Below, piece after piece: positions 1 through 13,797 of a stretch of DNA of 64,000 bases. The notes below the pieces were generated by a model. The model did no database searches. It was given only the letters and a program-made list of their open reading frames with translations, and had not been told where the DNA came from. Positions within the stretch are counted from its first letter, which is position 1. Every line of letters starts with the position of its first letter. The translations under genes were made by a program, and so were the position numbers. The stretch spans positions 10,758,451 through 10,822,450 of the forward strand of contig NC_134035.1 of the NCBI RefSeq assembly GCF_964204645.1, in the 5' to 3' direction. The DNA comes from Tubulanus polymorphus (lineage: Eukaryota; Animalia; Nemertea).

Positions 1-1641
1 TGGGGTTAACTTTGTTGGCTGCCTAATTTGATACATCAAGATTTGGTAATAGCATTACTATTATATAAGTTTGATGATCATTTCGTCCATTTTTATATTA
101 TGGTCGTGCTCGCTGCTTATATACTGCGCAAGCTAAATCTCAGAGTCGAGATTTCATCGCATTTAGTTCAATTTGTCGAAGCGTGGCTCGACGCCTTAAA
201 ACTACAACCGGTCGACTTCGTGCGAGTACGTTTTTCGTCCCCGCGTGTTGAGATCGACTAGCCTCAGGCCGGGATACAGCTTTGCAAATTCACCGTCATT
301 CCCTTGTGTCAATTTACATCTATCAAAGCCAACACGGCTTCGACGTGTCGTTTGTTGTGCGCGAGTTCGTTTCGACTGATCTTCACCAGAAGATATGATT
401 TTCGGAAGATTTTGGATGAATTAACGCGTGAACCTGATCTGACAGGTGATAGAAGCGGCTGCATCGAAATTCGATGAATTTAGACGCTTGACCACGAAGA
501 CAAAGGGATGATCTTGCTACCGCCGTGTTTTTGAACCGTCGCAAACCAATGCGAGCTAATTTCTTTCAACTTCTCGCGATTAACCCGTCAAGGGAAAAGC
601 GTGCTTGTCACTTTTTTTTCTGAGTAACCCTGAAAAATACCCGTTCTTCATAAACTCTTATTGATGTTGAAGCACGAGTGAAAATTATCGCAACAATGGG
701 GATCTCGAGGAACCGCCGCAAAATGGTGCCTAGAAACTGTTCCAGAAAAAAACTTCATCTTTTACCAATACTTTTGTTTCAGATCTAAGGACTTAAGTCC
801 TTGTCAAGAATAACAACTATCCATTAACGAGGTTTTTATAAGTAAAATATCAAGCGACGTCTCTGTGGAGATAGATCCACAGATAGATAGACTCGCAGAA
901 ATGCAGGTGGATGAAACATTAGTTCACGCAAACCGACAACACATCTTTTCAGTAGTACTTACCGAGAGAACAATAAACGACGCGTTAGTACTTAGTGATT
1001 TCATATAATCGGAGGTTCATGCACCGGGCATGGCGTACACTGATTTTTGCTAGTGCGATTCAAGACACACGGGTCTTATCTTTGATGTAAGGTGTTGCAT
1101 TATACAATGACCTTCAACTTTGTTTCATCATAATTCAAGTTTACCATTTTGATAATCGACCATTCCCGCGCTCGAGGGACTTTTGCGAACGAGTCTATAA
1201 AGCCAACGGAATCTCATCTATATTGTTTAAGGTTTGCTTTGGAAGAATGGAAAAGAAGAAGCAGCCACTGGCGGACGTTGCCTTTCCGGGCCCAGGGGAG
1301 TCGAGCTCAGTTTGTACTGGTATATTCTATTTGTTGGAAGAACGGGGTCCGATGTCGAGTCTTTGTGTCGGTTGCTTCACCGAAAATCAAAAGCTTTTTA
1401 TAGAAAAGGAAAGACGATATATCGTAAATCAGTCGTCAACGACATTCATTGGCAAGTTATCGTAGATATCATCTATCCGATATTTGCCGTAAGAGATACA
1501 TTTCATCTAATTGTGGAATTCACCAGTTCGCCTTAGTGTGTTCGCATAACCACCTGAGGGTCGCAATTCAATGGAGTAATAAATGTACGCTAACAAGTAA
1601 GACACTTCTTTCGAATGTAAACTGATACGTAGATGAGGTAT

Positions 1642-2001
1642 GAGGGAGGGAGGGAGGGATAGAGGGAGAGAGGGAGAGAGGGAGAGAGGGAGAGAGGGAG
1701 AGAGGGAGAGAGGGAGAGAGGGAGAGAGGGAGAGAGGGAGAGAGGGAGAGAGAGGGAGAGGGGGAGAGGGGGAGAGGGGGAGAGAGGGAGAGAGGGAGAG
1801 AGGGAGAGAGGGAGAGAGGGGGAGAGGGAGAGAGGGAGAGAGGGAGAGAGGGAGAGAGGGAGAGAGGGAGAGAGGGAGAGAGGGAGAGAGGGAGAGAGGG
1901 AGAGAGGGAGAGAGGGAGAGAGGGAGAGAGGGAGAGAGGGAGAGAGGGAGAGAGGGAGAGAGGGAGAGAGGGAGAGAGGGAGAGAGGGAGAGAGGGAGAG
2001 A
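1642..2001. repeat. Polypurine satellite (AGGGAGAGAG)n
   Basis: About 360 bp of an almost pure purine 10-mer repeat. Confidence 0.95.
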
Positions 2002-2329
2002 TTAGCCCTGTCTCGATGCGAGGACTCTAATTATTTAATGAGATGGACTTTATCTACTACATCTGTTATCTCCCTACCAGGTTATCTATGCGTCCTCAGC
2101 TATTATGGTTACTTTCAGATTGATGATCTGAACACATCTAGATACAGTTGGATACATCAGGTAAAGCGTATCGACTGTATCGATGCAGTTTCACTAACCG
2201 CTGATAAACATTTTGTAAATGAAACGGGCGCTATACAAACTAACAGATTTTTGATATTATCATTATTATCACTACATAAGGATCATTAGGAAACGGATAC
2301 TTCCACATTTAAGATATATGTATGAAATA

Positions 2330-2422
2330 AAGATAACTCCACAATATTAGCGAAAAAAAGTCTGAAAATGTTACCTCGAGGTAGTAGTTTATTCGATGTT
2401 TCGACTTTATTCTAAAAGTCTA
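2330..2422 (-). mobile_element. Penelope-like terminal relic with partial hammerhead (family P4)
   Basis: Minus strand GACTTT[TAGAAT]AAAGTC-GAAA-CATC-GAATAAACTACTACC. The perfect 6-bp stem II and GAAA are retained; the CUGANGA box is lost. Confidence 0.45.
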
Positions 2423-4377
2423 AGGACTACTGAGTAACGTAAAACAGAAATTATGAAATATATATAATCTCCTCGTTATTACTGTGGGATCCTCTTTTAA
2501 TTCGAAAAATTCCCTTTAAATGTATATCGTCACAGAGCGGTTTTACTGTCTTATTAATGGTAATATATGTATAAACATTTGATGAAATATGTAAGGTTGA
2601 TTATTAAAACATTCGGTGATGATACAGAAATGGCCAGATACGAGAGCAATAGATGCAGAATAAAATCTAATTTCCAATTTACAGGGGGATTTTGTCAAAT
2701 CGCCTTTAAACAGATTGATGAGAGTTTTGTACAACGAATATGAATTGAACAATCTACTGGGACTGAAGCGAAGACGTCATCGGTTGGTGGTGGGTGTATC
2801 TACACGCCGATAAACGCGCGGTGATGTAATCTGGTGGCTGAATTCAGTGATAAACGCGTTTAAGCTTTAATTTCCTGTAACGTTAAAGCGATAACGATCG
2901 CGCGAACGGTTTTAAATTATAAATCATTCGATTCGATATCAACGCGTCCAATCACATCCGGACGAAGCGGCGACGATAACGAACGCTATTTGCGCAACAA
3001 ATCTGATTCCGTCGCCCTATACACTCCGGTCATGCCGTCACTATCACAAGCAACGTAATAGAGCCGAAATAGGTAGCCGTTCAAATAACCTAATAAGCAT
3101 ATGGTTATATGGGATGTTTATACCTGATGTGTATTAAGAGTGGTTGATCATTTCGGCCTAATTCCCTTTTTCTTCATAGAAAAACACATTTTCGGCATCA
3201 GGGAAATTCATAGCAGTAAAATAAGTCCTTTAAAACGCCACCGTTGGGACTGAAATAATGGCGTTATACCGAATTTGGCATTATATAGAATATATTTTCA
3301 TTGAATTCGAGTAGGATTGAGCAAATTTGCGCTCCGAAAATGTTGGCGCTACTGAGCAGCGGCCGGATGGCGTACCAACGGGCTTTGACTGTATTCAAAT
3401 TCGAGTCAACTTCATCGATCCTCAATTCCATACATCATATAATTCATTGTCGATGGTATTAAGCGGTTTAAATTTGTTATCTACTTTTCAAGCCTCGATG
3501 AAAATTGAAGTTAGTTTTCAATTCGGAAATGGATTATTTTGTATCAGATCGCCTCTCGCCGACATCTAAAAGGACGCGGCGTATAACGCGTGCGTGGACC
3601 GCTGTCGGTGGTAACACTTCCAGAGCAAACAACAAATTACCACTGACTGCGTTAATATGATAAACGAAAGAAATGCCACTATACGCGCAAATGCGATTGT
3701 CAGGATCGACGGTAACCAGTTCTGTAAATATATCCACGACGAATAACGCGAACAGCGAGAGAGTCCGCGCTGGCGGGTTCATAATCAAATTATCTACACG
3801 CTCTTTGTCTCTCGTCCTTGCGCGGACTTTTTAGCTGAAACGTATAATACGGCGTTGATAGGAACCTTGCCAGCGATGATGCCGCGGCTAGGTTTTTGCG
3901 GCCAATTAGCGTTGAAACTGCGACGCACGTTGTCTTCGAGGCGTCGACGACGGATCGTGGTGTATTAGTCGCCGGTCCTTCCTCTCCGGCTGCTAACGGT
4001 ATTTATTTCCCCTCATCGTCGGTCGCCCGTACATGATTGATTATCGCGTGTCGTCGTTCTTCGCGATCTCGTCGCGTCGAGAAAAAAAATCGCGGCGAAA
4101 AAAAAACCGAACGACAGGCTATCGGTTAATTTCCTGGCGAGATTTCGATCACCTCCGGCAGAGAGGTGAAATATATACGCGTGGATGTCATCGGCCCCCA
4201 CGCATACAATGGCTCCGCGTAGACTGATGTCGAAGGCGTCTTGGCGGTCATTTTTAATGGAAAAATATCGATCTAAATATTGTTGATAGGACTGTAATTC
4301 TATATTCAATTCTATTTACAATAAGAAGTAGAAGGTTATAGTATTAGCGCGACATACTCTCTGATGTGGAGAATATA

Positions 4378-4830
4378 TCGCGCATCGAATACAAAATTCT
4401 CCTGTTAACTTTTAAAATTTTGCATGACCAAGTACCAGCCTATCTTTCGTCTGTTTTAACCACTCTTACACCTTCCAGACACACGCGCTCGACCGTGGCA
4501 ACTAAATTATTTGAACCGAGATACCGCCAAGAATTTTATGGCTCTCGAGCTTTTGCGGTGGTAGCCCCCCGCCTTTGGAATGCTTTGCCACAGTCGATGC
4601 GCGATTTACCTCCCCTTAATAGTTTTACCTCGCAATTGAAAACGCACCTATTTAATTAGCACTACAAATGATTTTACTTGAAGCAACCGTTTGAAATTAA
4701 ATATCTATTTTATTGGGTAATATTTTATATATCTGTCAATTGTCTTATGTTTTTGTCAATTTGTAAAGTCTGTTGAGATATTTTATGTAACGGACTGTAA
4801 ATAAATATTATTATTATTATTATTATTATT
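4378..4830 (+). mobile_element. 5'-truncated LINE (L2/CR1-group) 3' end
   Basis: ORF2 C-terminal signature RIEYKILLLTFK...PAYL...GSRAFAVVAPRLWNALP...F...LKTHLF*, then an AT-rich 3'UTR, AATAAA near 4800 and an (ATT)n tail. Confidence 0.85.
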
Positions 4831-7354
4831 AATATTGATGATTCGTTTACAACCGACTATATACAGAATTAAAAAGATTAAAAGCGTATTCCATTTACCG
4901 AAATCAAAGGACACAACTCTCTCTAGATGCCATCATCAGATCTAACACATGACGATAGTCTCTGGAGAGATTCTGAAGGGTCGTGTCTTCTGATAAGTGG
5001 AATTCGTTTTTAAAACTTTTAGTTTCTATATACAGGGTGGTCCAAAAATGCTTCCTACCTATCAGAAACTTAGTATGGTGTGTTTTAAACTTAAGAAGTA
5101 GTAGGGAATACGAAGAAAGATTCAAAATAAAATAGAGATCACATAGAAGATAGCTTATAACCGTAAAAATTCAGAAAACCACGGAATCAATAAGATTTCA
5201 GAAGCTTATCTTATGTTTCGGCCATTGTTGAAGTCGACCGAGAGTCTTACGATCAATGCGTTGGAAATATCACGACACAAAAAGCAAAAAGAGTCCGATA
5301 GATTTCCTTGAGATAAACTGATAGAAACTACAGCGCGAGAAAACTGTTCGGGTCGTCTTTCTTTATGTATTGTGGGATTTTATGTGTCATCGTTACAACA
5401 CGGAACCCGGACACAGCGTTTCAAGTCGTCGCCTATATAGTCAGGTTTCGTTTATTGCATATGCTGCGTATATGTTGAAGATACAGAGTGGAACGCACAA
5501 GCGATTGCAAAAAAATCGACAGTCATTAGTCAAATCTACCTACACATTTCATAAAGAAGAAATTAATTCAACGTGAACGTGCTCGAAAGTATATACTTCC
5601 TTATAAGCTGATGGTGTTATATTCATAGATTTAATCTATTCTAATCGGAATGTAAAATGACCACGTCGCAATCAGTCTCTCACGCCGACTGTCTGTCCCT
5701 AGATTGACTCCGTCGTTCAGAAACCTACACCGAATGGATAATCCCAGGTTCCAAGATCTCCGAACGGATTGAACGCGGCGCGCTCGTGATTATACTCATT
5801 GTTATTTCGCGTATATGAATAATTGAAATGCGGATCGTATAGGTTTCAAATAACCGCTATCAAACGGCCATATCTGTGTGACGTATGAATGAAATAAGCA
5901 GTTATACGTATTAATTCCCATGTTAGTCATTTTGCGTTCGGGTTACGCGACCACATTTTGGTCTCCGGAGAATCGACTAGATCAACCACTCCCACTTTGG
6001 GCAATCGAAATCCGAGACCTACATCAAAGCAATCGTTCCATCGGACTTTCGCCGCAAACAAAACTAATATCTACAATTGTCGGTGATTGATGCGCAGCGT
6101 TGGCGGATGTCCAGGTATTTCAGCGCATTTCTTCTATATATATAGCCGTTCTTTAAGTAGTTTTAATACGCAGTTACGACCGCGGGCGAAATATTATCGG
6201 ATACCAAGAACGCCGACTGTAATATTAACAATGAGAATGAATTTTACTGAATGCCGTTGCATTGTTTATATACGATTGGTTAACCCCACCCTTCCATTAA
6301 CCTTGTGTAACAGCTATCAAACGTTAATATTGCGCAATCGCGGTACCACGAAATACCGCGAGATTTGCATATTAACCAGCTGACCGCAAGGATTGTCCGT
6401 TGTCGAAATAGAATAGGTTTTCACGTTACGCCCGCGTGATAAGTCATTCGGTAACGGCGTCTTAATGGCTTACGATTTACCGAGCGTCTATGCAAACTTT
6501 CGATTACGGAAGATGAATTGTTAATCGACAAAACAAATCCGAATCGTCACCTGGAGTTCCGAGGCGATATGATTTCATCGCCAATTGCCGAGCAAACGCA
6601 GATTTAGTTAGGGCTAACGCCTGTCTGGCATCTTCGAAACTGTTAATCCCGAAACATTAGGGACTTTTCTATTGTAATTTGTTTTTTAATATCCGTTGCT
6701 TGTCAGCGTTCTGTGTCTCACGGCTCGGACGTACAAACGCTCATTTCATCGTCGGATCTACAACAACTACTGCTAAAGATTGATCGTCGCTATAATCGGT
6801 GAATCTAGCTTTATTCACGAATCGACTCGCATTAGAAAATTACATGATAATAATTCGTGATTCATGTCTTTCGACACCTGAAAATCATGTACAATCAGAT
6901 AAAAAATTATTTAATTCCGTGAAAAAAGCCGGAATTAAATCAACGCCGGTTGAAAAAACGTAACATTTAATAAGAAATCGAATTTTTATTTGATTTTATG
7001 ATTTTTCAATCAGCAAGAAAATAGAAAAATTAATTATATCCCCGGGACGCTTCCGTAGGTTTCAGATAATCTTCTAGTGACCTATACGTTGTATATTTAG
7101 TATTCCTTTTCGGGGTTTCAGTTTATACAAGCCTTGCTTTTTCTGAGACCCCAGATTTATATTACAACATTTTGTATCATCTTCATTATATCACGTTGTA
7201 CACTTAATTGCAATTTATTTCTAGAATGAATAAATGAATAACCGTGTTCTTGAATTCCCAATATGCCGTTGACATACGGAAGAGTTATCACGTTTAGCTT
7301 AAAGGTATATCCGCTTGGGGCTGTTTTAAACGAACGAGCAAACGTTTTTTGTGG

Positions 7355-7482
7355 AACGAACGAACGAACGAACGAACGAACGAACGAACGAACGAACGAA
7401 CGAACGAACGAACGAACGAACGAACGAACTAACGAACGAACGAACGAACGAACGAACGAACGAACGAACGAACGAACGAACG
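7355..7482. repeat. (AACG)n microsatellite
   Basis: About 32 units with one variant. Confidence 0.95.
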
Positions 7483-10400
7483 TTACTTCAAAGCAAGTTA
7501 ATTTTCATGTAGCATCGATACAATATCAATGCATACTCTGAAACTGTGTACTACCCTCTTTAAGATACTTAGAAATTTCATACGGACATAAAATCGTATC
7601 ACATCCGCGTCAAAAGACGCCTTTATTGTAAACAGGTGATTCGTGAATGCACTGACCACTTTACATCCTTTAGTCGGTACTTTGCGTCCGTTTAACGACC
7701 GCGGAAATTAACCGGATAATTCTGACAACGACTCTCCCCGGGAAACTGAGTGATCATTTCGGCTGAAGATGTTACGCCTCTGTTGCCTTCCCTCGACACA
7801 TAAACGGTAACTTATGAATACTAATGTCTTCATGCTTTGGTTTGTTGATAATCTCACCAGACATCCAGAGATTATCACGTCTGATTACTCGCTAAATTGT
7901 TCGTACAAAAATCACTTATTCTGCAGCTGTAGCCCGACGAATCGCTATTCTAATATTCGCAGACAAAACAATTACGGTACTTCGCCGAGAACCTTAGTCT
8001 ATGACGTTACCACAGACTTAAGTTTTGGCGTACGAGCCTAGCGTATACTAACACATGTAACTCCGCCCACCGGCAGGACTGGTTGAACAAAAGACCGTTT
8101 TTGATTTTTTTCTTTATTTTGAAACTTGTTACTTAACTAGCCATGATACTCGAATTCATCAGTACCCGAGGCTATTTCGAGTGTAGCGAAGAACGAATAC
8201 ACGTCACGAGCTAAAAGCGGAGACAGGCGCGGCGAACCGTTTGGTTACGGCGGTACATTAAGAAAAAAACGGCCGATATTTTTTTCTCGGTTACGTCAAA
8301 ACCTGACAACCGACAGTAAGCAAATGGTCGACGCGTCGAGCGCCGAGTCAATATCGTAGCGTCGTTTCGCTTTCAGTGTCAACTTCAACTGCAGCTTATA
8401 ACTGAGTGCCGAAGCGGCGAATCGTCTGATTTTTTAACCGGCTTTCATCCCAACTCTCCAACTCTCTAACTCCCTCTCTCTCTTTCTTCGAAGTCTATAC
8501 ATCTTTCGAAAAAACCTCGTTAACGATTCCGATTGAACGTCGCTGGTAAATAATTAACTCGGGTATCGTTTTATCTTTGACTATACCTCCTCTTCGACGA
8601 ACTATTTGCCAGCTCATTCGAGGACACGATACGACTACGAGATCCGCTGCTTGTATATATATCCATTCAGCCCGTTCGTATTGTCGTCCGGAGTTGCTCG
8701 CTGATTTCAATCTTTTTCATCGAACGCGTTTGAAGATTATTCCTTTTTTGTTACCCTTCGATTTTGCGATGAAGTCACCACACGAAAATAGCGAATCATT
8801 GCATGAGTATATTAAGATACGAAACGATAAGTTACGAATGATCAGATTTCCAATCAAGATTCGGTGGAAAGCAAACCGTAACTTCTTGAATAAGTACTAA
8901 TCTTACTCGGTGTTCTAAATCTTGAAAAAGTCTAGCAGTTTATCGGCGAAGATTACTGATATGATATATGAATGAGACTTTAAAAAGTCTAAACGATTTT
9001 TCTTTTTTTTGTCGAAGGAAATTCGACTAAATTCTGTCGAATGTAAGATAATCTGTCTACACGATTGAAAGAGACAGGCGTCGTTTCTATCAATAATTCA
9101 GTAAGTTTACTCCGCTTGCCTCAGATCACTCGGGATTGCTGAGTTGGTGCAGGGGTCGGTCGTTATCACGGCGAATTAAGTAAAAAAATTGTGTAATATC
9201 GAACTGTGTCTATTTTGTATTTTCGATTTTCATTTTCTTTCATTCGCATCATAACGGAGATCATTTCCGGAAATTACGATCGGATTATTTCAATTTTGTC
9301 TGGCTACAAAGGCGACTGTAATGTATTGGGAATAGATATCTTAGATGACTACAACATTTGTTTCCATAAAACAAGTAACTGTTTATAACTCAATTGAAAA
9401 AACCGACGATTATGAAGAAATTCTTTAAGAAGGTGATTTTTACTTTAAATTCTATGAGAATCATATTCAAAATAAGTGTCTTCTAGCCCGAGGACGCTAC
9501 GGTAAAGTACTGTATAGGCTATAGGCTTATACGATAACTATCGTTTTTTAATGAGTCAAATGCCGAATCTGATGCGTCATATTCGACAACTAACTTTCTA
9601 TCAAACATCGCTGAAAGCGTTTTCGCTGCCTGCTTTATACAACGATTCCATCTGTAATTTAATGCGCTTTTATCGATTCGCTAAATGCTTGATTAAGTGA
9701 TAAATAATAAATTAAGTCGCCATTAGCTTCAGTCGAATGTAATAATTGTAGCGATACACACGGGTAATTACCACAGCGAGGTCTAGTAATCATTTCCAAA
9801 CAGAGGAATTGTTTATACGCGCATCTTAATGTTGATAACTAGTTGAAAGGTATACGTATCTCGCGGGTGGCCTATCCGAAGAAGGCCTCCCATCCTCATA
9901 ATACGAATACCTCGAAACCTCCCCTATTGAATACACGCATACGTGACGATCTTTTCACTTTAAATCCATTTGAATGATAATATTTTCGAATATTCCAAAT
10001 TTTTTGGTAATAAGTAGGCTTTTGCACATTAATATTCAAATGCACATTCAGCGGTTTAAGTTCGAGCCCCACAGAGTCGGTCGTGTACTTCATAAAACTA
10101 ATCTAAGAAATGTGGCCGTGAATCTTTTTTAACTCCCCGGCAACTCTCAATTCAATGAATATACCTATGCGCTATTCAAATGTAACAGTAGAATCCGCAG
10201 CAATGAAATATTAATGATCGGATTTCTGTCCACGTTTTGCAGAGCAGGCATTGAAAAAGGACCAGAAATCTAAAACCCGGACAAGAGGATAAGCTCTCTT
10301 TCCGGCATACATAGCCGACAATTCGAACTTAAAAAGTCACAAAACTGTGGCGTTCTAAATATAATCTAGACTCTTCCAACTGCTTTCTCGGAAAACGAAA

Positions 10401-11818
10401 CAATACGTAATTATCAAGTTCCGCGGGCCCGGATCCAAGTATGGCTCATGTGGCCATATTCGAAACGCACTAGTAACAGTGACGCAATTTTTCATGGGGG
10501 AAATTTGACTTTTTAGTGAAATGCGTAACAAAAATTAAAACGTTCCGAATGTCAAATTTCACTTGCAATTAGGGGACTAGCAAGTGTTGAGTTGTTAGTA
10601 GATTCTGCTGGTTTCCCGTACGATCAAATATCGAATTTTGTAAACAAAATGCTTTGTAGAAAATAAAGTATAGCATATAGTAACGTAAAATTTAAATTTT
10701 CACGATTAAGGAATTTCCATCAAAATGTAATAGACGATGCTGAAAAATTTATGAATAAGAACATCGACTTCTGGGGTTACATTTTGTTATCGAATGTTTG
10801 CGTCGCTGGAGTTCAATTTTTCCGATAATAATCGGCGACCGGCAATCGCGTGAAATATGAGTCGAATTTTGATATCCTGTTTACGCATTTTGGACATCGA
10901 ATGACTGCATTTTCGAGTAAATCAGTGATTTTAGAGCGCAGCGCGCGGAGTGTGTTGATGCAGTTGATATCAGCACTCGGAGTGACTAACCCCTCTCGCC
11001 TGCTGGTATAAATTCAGTCACTTGAATTGGTCCAAGATATCTTTGCTGAGCCCAGCTCTAAAGAATCCACTGCTAAAATCAATCGGTGGTATTGAGTCCA
11101 TTGGTGTTTTCAAGAAAATACTTTCATTCTTAATTGAACTTGTAATGGAACTTGCGTCAATCGAATGCTTCAATTCTTTATAATCTCATAGAGTCAGGAT
11201 ATATTATAGAATCATCTGTTGAAATAGGACTCCCGTAGATTTTACGTTCCTGCGGAAGTCTTACAAGGCGCTCTTGATCCGTCCCTATTAACTATTAATG
11301 GATAAAGACAATCATTTTGAGAGAAAAAAAAACATTTTCGTTGATAACTCAGAATATTTAGATGAATAATGCATGCACTACGAAACATAGTCGTTTTACT
11401 GCGGAAAGGATGAATTTCGTATCTATCACCAGTAAAAAAAAACGTCCTCGTATAGTTTTCCCTGCTTAGAGACATTTAAATCTCTAGAAAAGTATCGAAT
11501 TTTGTCGAGAATTTTAAAACTAACGGACCTATAAATCGCCAGGTCGATTGCACGTTGAAGACCGATGAATATTGCAAGATGCCCGTATACGTGGTCGTCA
11601 CGATTAGCGATTAACCGTTGCACCTGCTTGTTTAGAGTTCAGTCAGCGGATTTACATCGCGGTTTTAAATCAACGATTTTCTGCGCTGGAGAAGTGACAT
11701 CACTTGCGTTTTGATCGACGAGAACAAGATTATGGAGTAAACTTACTTCGTAATTTCTGAGCTTCCCGAATTCTAGAAACTTACGCCATCCTCCCCAATT
11801 ATAGTCGTTTATATCCGG

Positions 11819-11918
11819 AGTCCAGTTCCACAGTTCCGAGTTAAGATTTTAACTCATCGAAAATGAACTTACTTAAACTCAGAGTTAACTCTAACTCAGA
11901 ATATTGTGGAACCGGGTC
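11819..11918 (+). mobile_element. MITE family A
   Basis: TIR AGTCCAGTTCCACAGTT...TTGTGGAACCGGGTC, flanked by CGG on both sides. Internal GAGTTAACTC palindrome. Confidence 0.8.
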
Positions 11919-12645
11919 CGGTTGTTCTTGGACCAATACATATCCTGTGGGGATTAAGAAATCTTTGGAAGATATTTTTTTTGGAATTCTGATGATTACA
12001 CACTTCCGACACGCTCACAGAGGCTCGGAATAGTTCGGGTTCGAATCCCCGCGAGACCCGCGTACATAGAAAATATCGTAAACCGCATTGAATTCGATCG
12101 ATCATACGCGGTAGTTTTCCGCACAACTGAAATTTGCCGAACGACGCGATTCTAGAAAAAAAATTGCTACGTATAATGTGAAAACGTGCCTTATCTCGTT
12201 TTCCATTGTGTTATCAATCAAAAATAAAGCGCAAATATGCGGCAATTTTCGAATCTCGAACGGTCTGAACGGCGGATGTACAGCGCGACTGCAGTTTCAG
12301 TATATCCGGAATGCGACTGACGGCTTTATGTTTATACCTTAAGATAATCGAATTGATCTGATTTCATTACGATTTATTTTTCGTATATGAAATTTTCACA
12401 GAATTAATGAATATAATGATTTAGTTTAATATAAGATGAAGGACTGCTTTGAGGTAACAGTATGAGCCTAAGTAAGCAACCCTTAGGAAATAAAGAAAAT
12501 GGATATAAGGAGAATCGAATAGGAAAGGAATAAACGATATAATACGGTTTCATAATACAAAAAAAACGTATAACCTCAAACTGACATGAAATCTATGAAA
12601 ATCGCCCGAAAAATCGTATTCATTTGATTAGTACAAATTTTTTTG

Positions 12646-12759
12646 GACCCAGTTCTATACAGTGTTGTGAGTTAGAGTTAACTCTGAGTTTTAAAGTGAG
12701 CTAATTTTCAATGAGTTAACTCGGAGTTGAATCTTAACTCGGAACTGTGGAACTGGATC
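12646..12759 (-). mobile_element. MITE family A (inverted relative to 11819)
   Basis: GACCCAGTTC...GTGAGTTAGAGTTAACTCTGAG...AACTGTGGAACTGGATC. Confidence 0.8.
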
Positions 12760-13689
12760 CGGGGCAGTTGAGACATGATTGAAACATCTTTTAAGCCCGA
12801 CTACGTCTTAGGATATTCAAATCCGCAATTTTACAGGATATCTATGAGTAACAATGAGTAGAGCGCAACTAGTTTCAAATCGCGTTGGAGCGTGAACGCA
12901 CCAGAGAGAGAGAGAGAATGAGCAGTTTTTAATTATTTTTCGGCGACGACATCGAAAAGGAAACGGACCGACACGATTCTCTCGCGTCGCGTAAATTAAC
13001 CGAATGTATACCGTTACTTTTTGAAACGAAACGATCGAGCCTCAAGGTGAAAGGCTTGTTTCAATTATCGGCGCGATTGTGTACTCTACTGAAAGAAATT
13101 TGCCAATTAACCCTAGCGTAGAGCGCGTCGACGAATCGTCAAATACTCAGACGGTTAATGTCACCGGAGAAATCAAATAAAGGTTACGGCGCCAGCGTAA
13201 ACGAAAAAAGGTTAACAACAAAAGCGCTACGATTTGAAGTCTTTGGACTTAGATTGCTTTGCAGCGACGGTGATATCATAGTGAATGATACCACGCGACG
13301 GCGGATCGGTGGGGGAGAAAGACTCGAGATCAGCCACATCTCATCTCTCGGAGGAGGAAGGGCAACAAGGCGTATGTTACCCGTCAACGATCAACAGTAA
13401 ACGGAACGTATACGCGCCGGTATATAGTCGATCATCGGTTAGATAGCCGCGGTCTAAATTACACGGCAATCGTCAATCAAGACAAACCGAGGCTTTATTC
13501 CGGGATGTTACTGATCGAGGCTCTACGCGATTATTGCCGACCAAAACACGGCTATGATAGACAGTGTCGATAGCGAAAGCGAAAGAAAAAGAAGAGCTAT
13601 TTTACCAGCAAGAACTAATATCATCGTACCTACCTACTTCGATCGGCTCACAAAGAATCTTTTTGTTCCTTTACTCATTTGAGGCTATG

Positions 13690-13797
13690 GGGCCCGTTTT
13701 ATAGACTGGTATTAACCTTAACCCGTGGGTTAACTTGACTGAAAATCAATTGAGTTAGCCCCAGGTTAAAGTTGATACCAGTCTTTAAAACCGGCCC
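13690..13797. mobile_element. MITE family B (palindromic)
   Basis: About 35-bp TIR: GGGCCCGTTTTATAGACTGGTATTAACCTTAACC versus GGTTAAAGTTGATACCAGTCTTTAAAACCGGCCC. Confidence 0.75.

Noticed and set aside
1640-2005. 121-aa RE/GE-rich ORF
   Set aside because: Translation of a purine satellite, not a gene.
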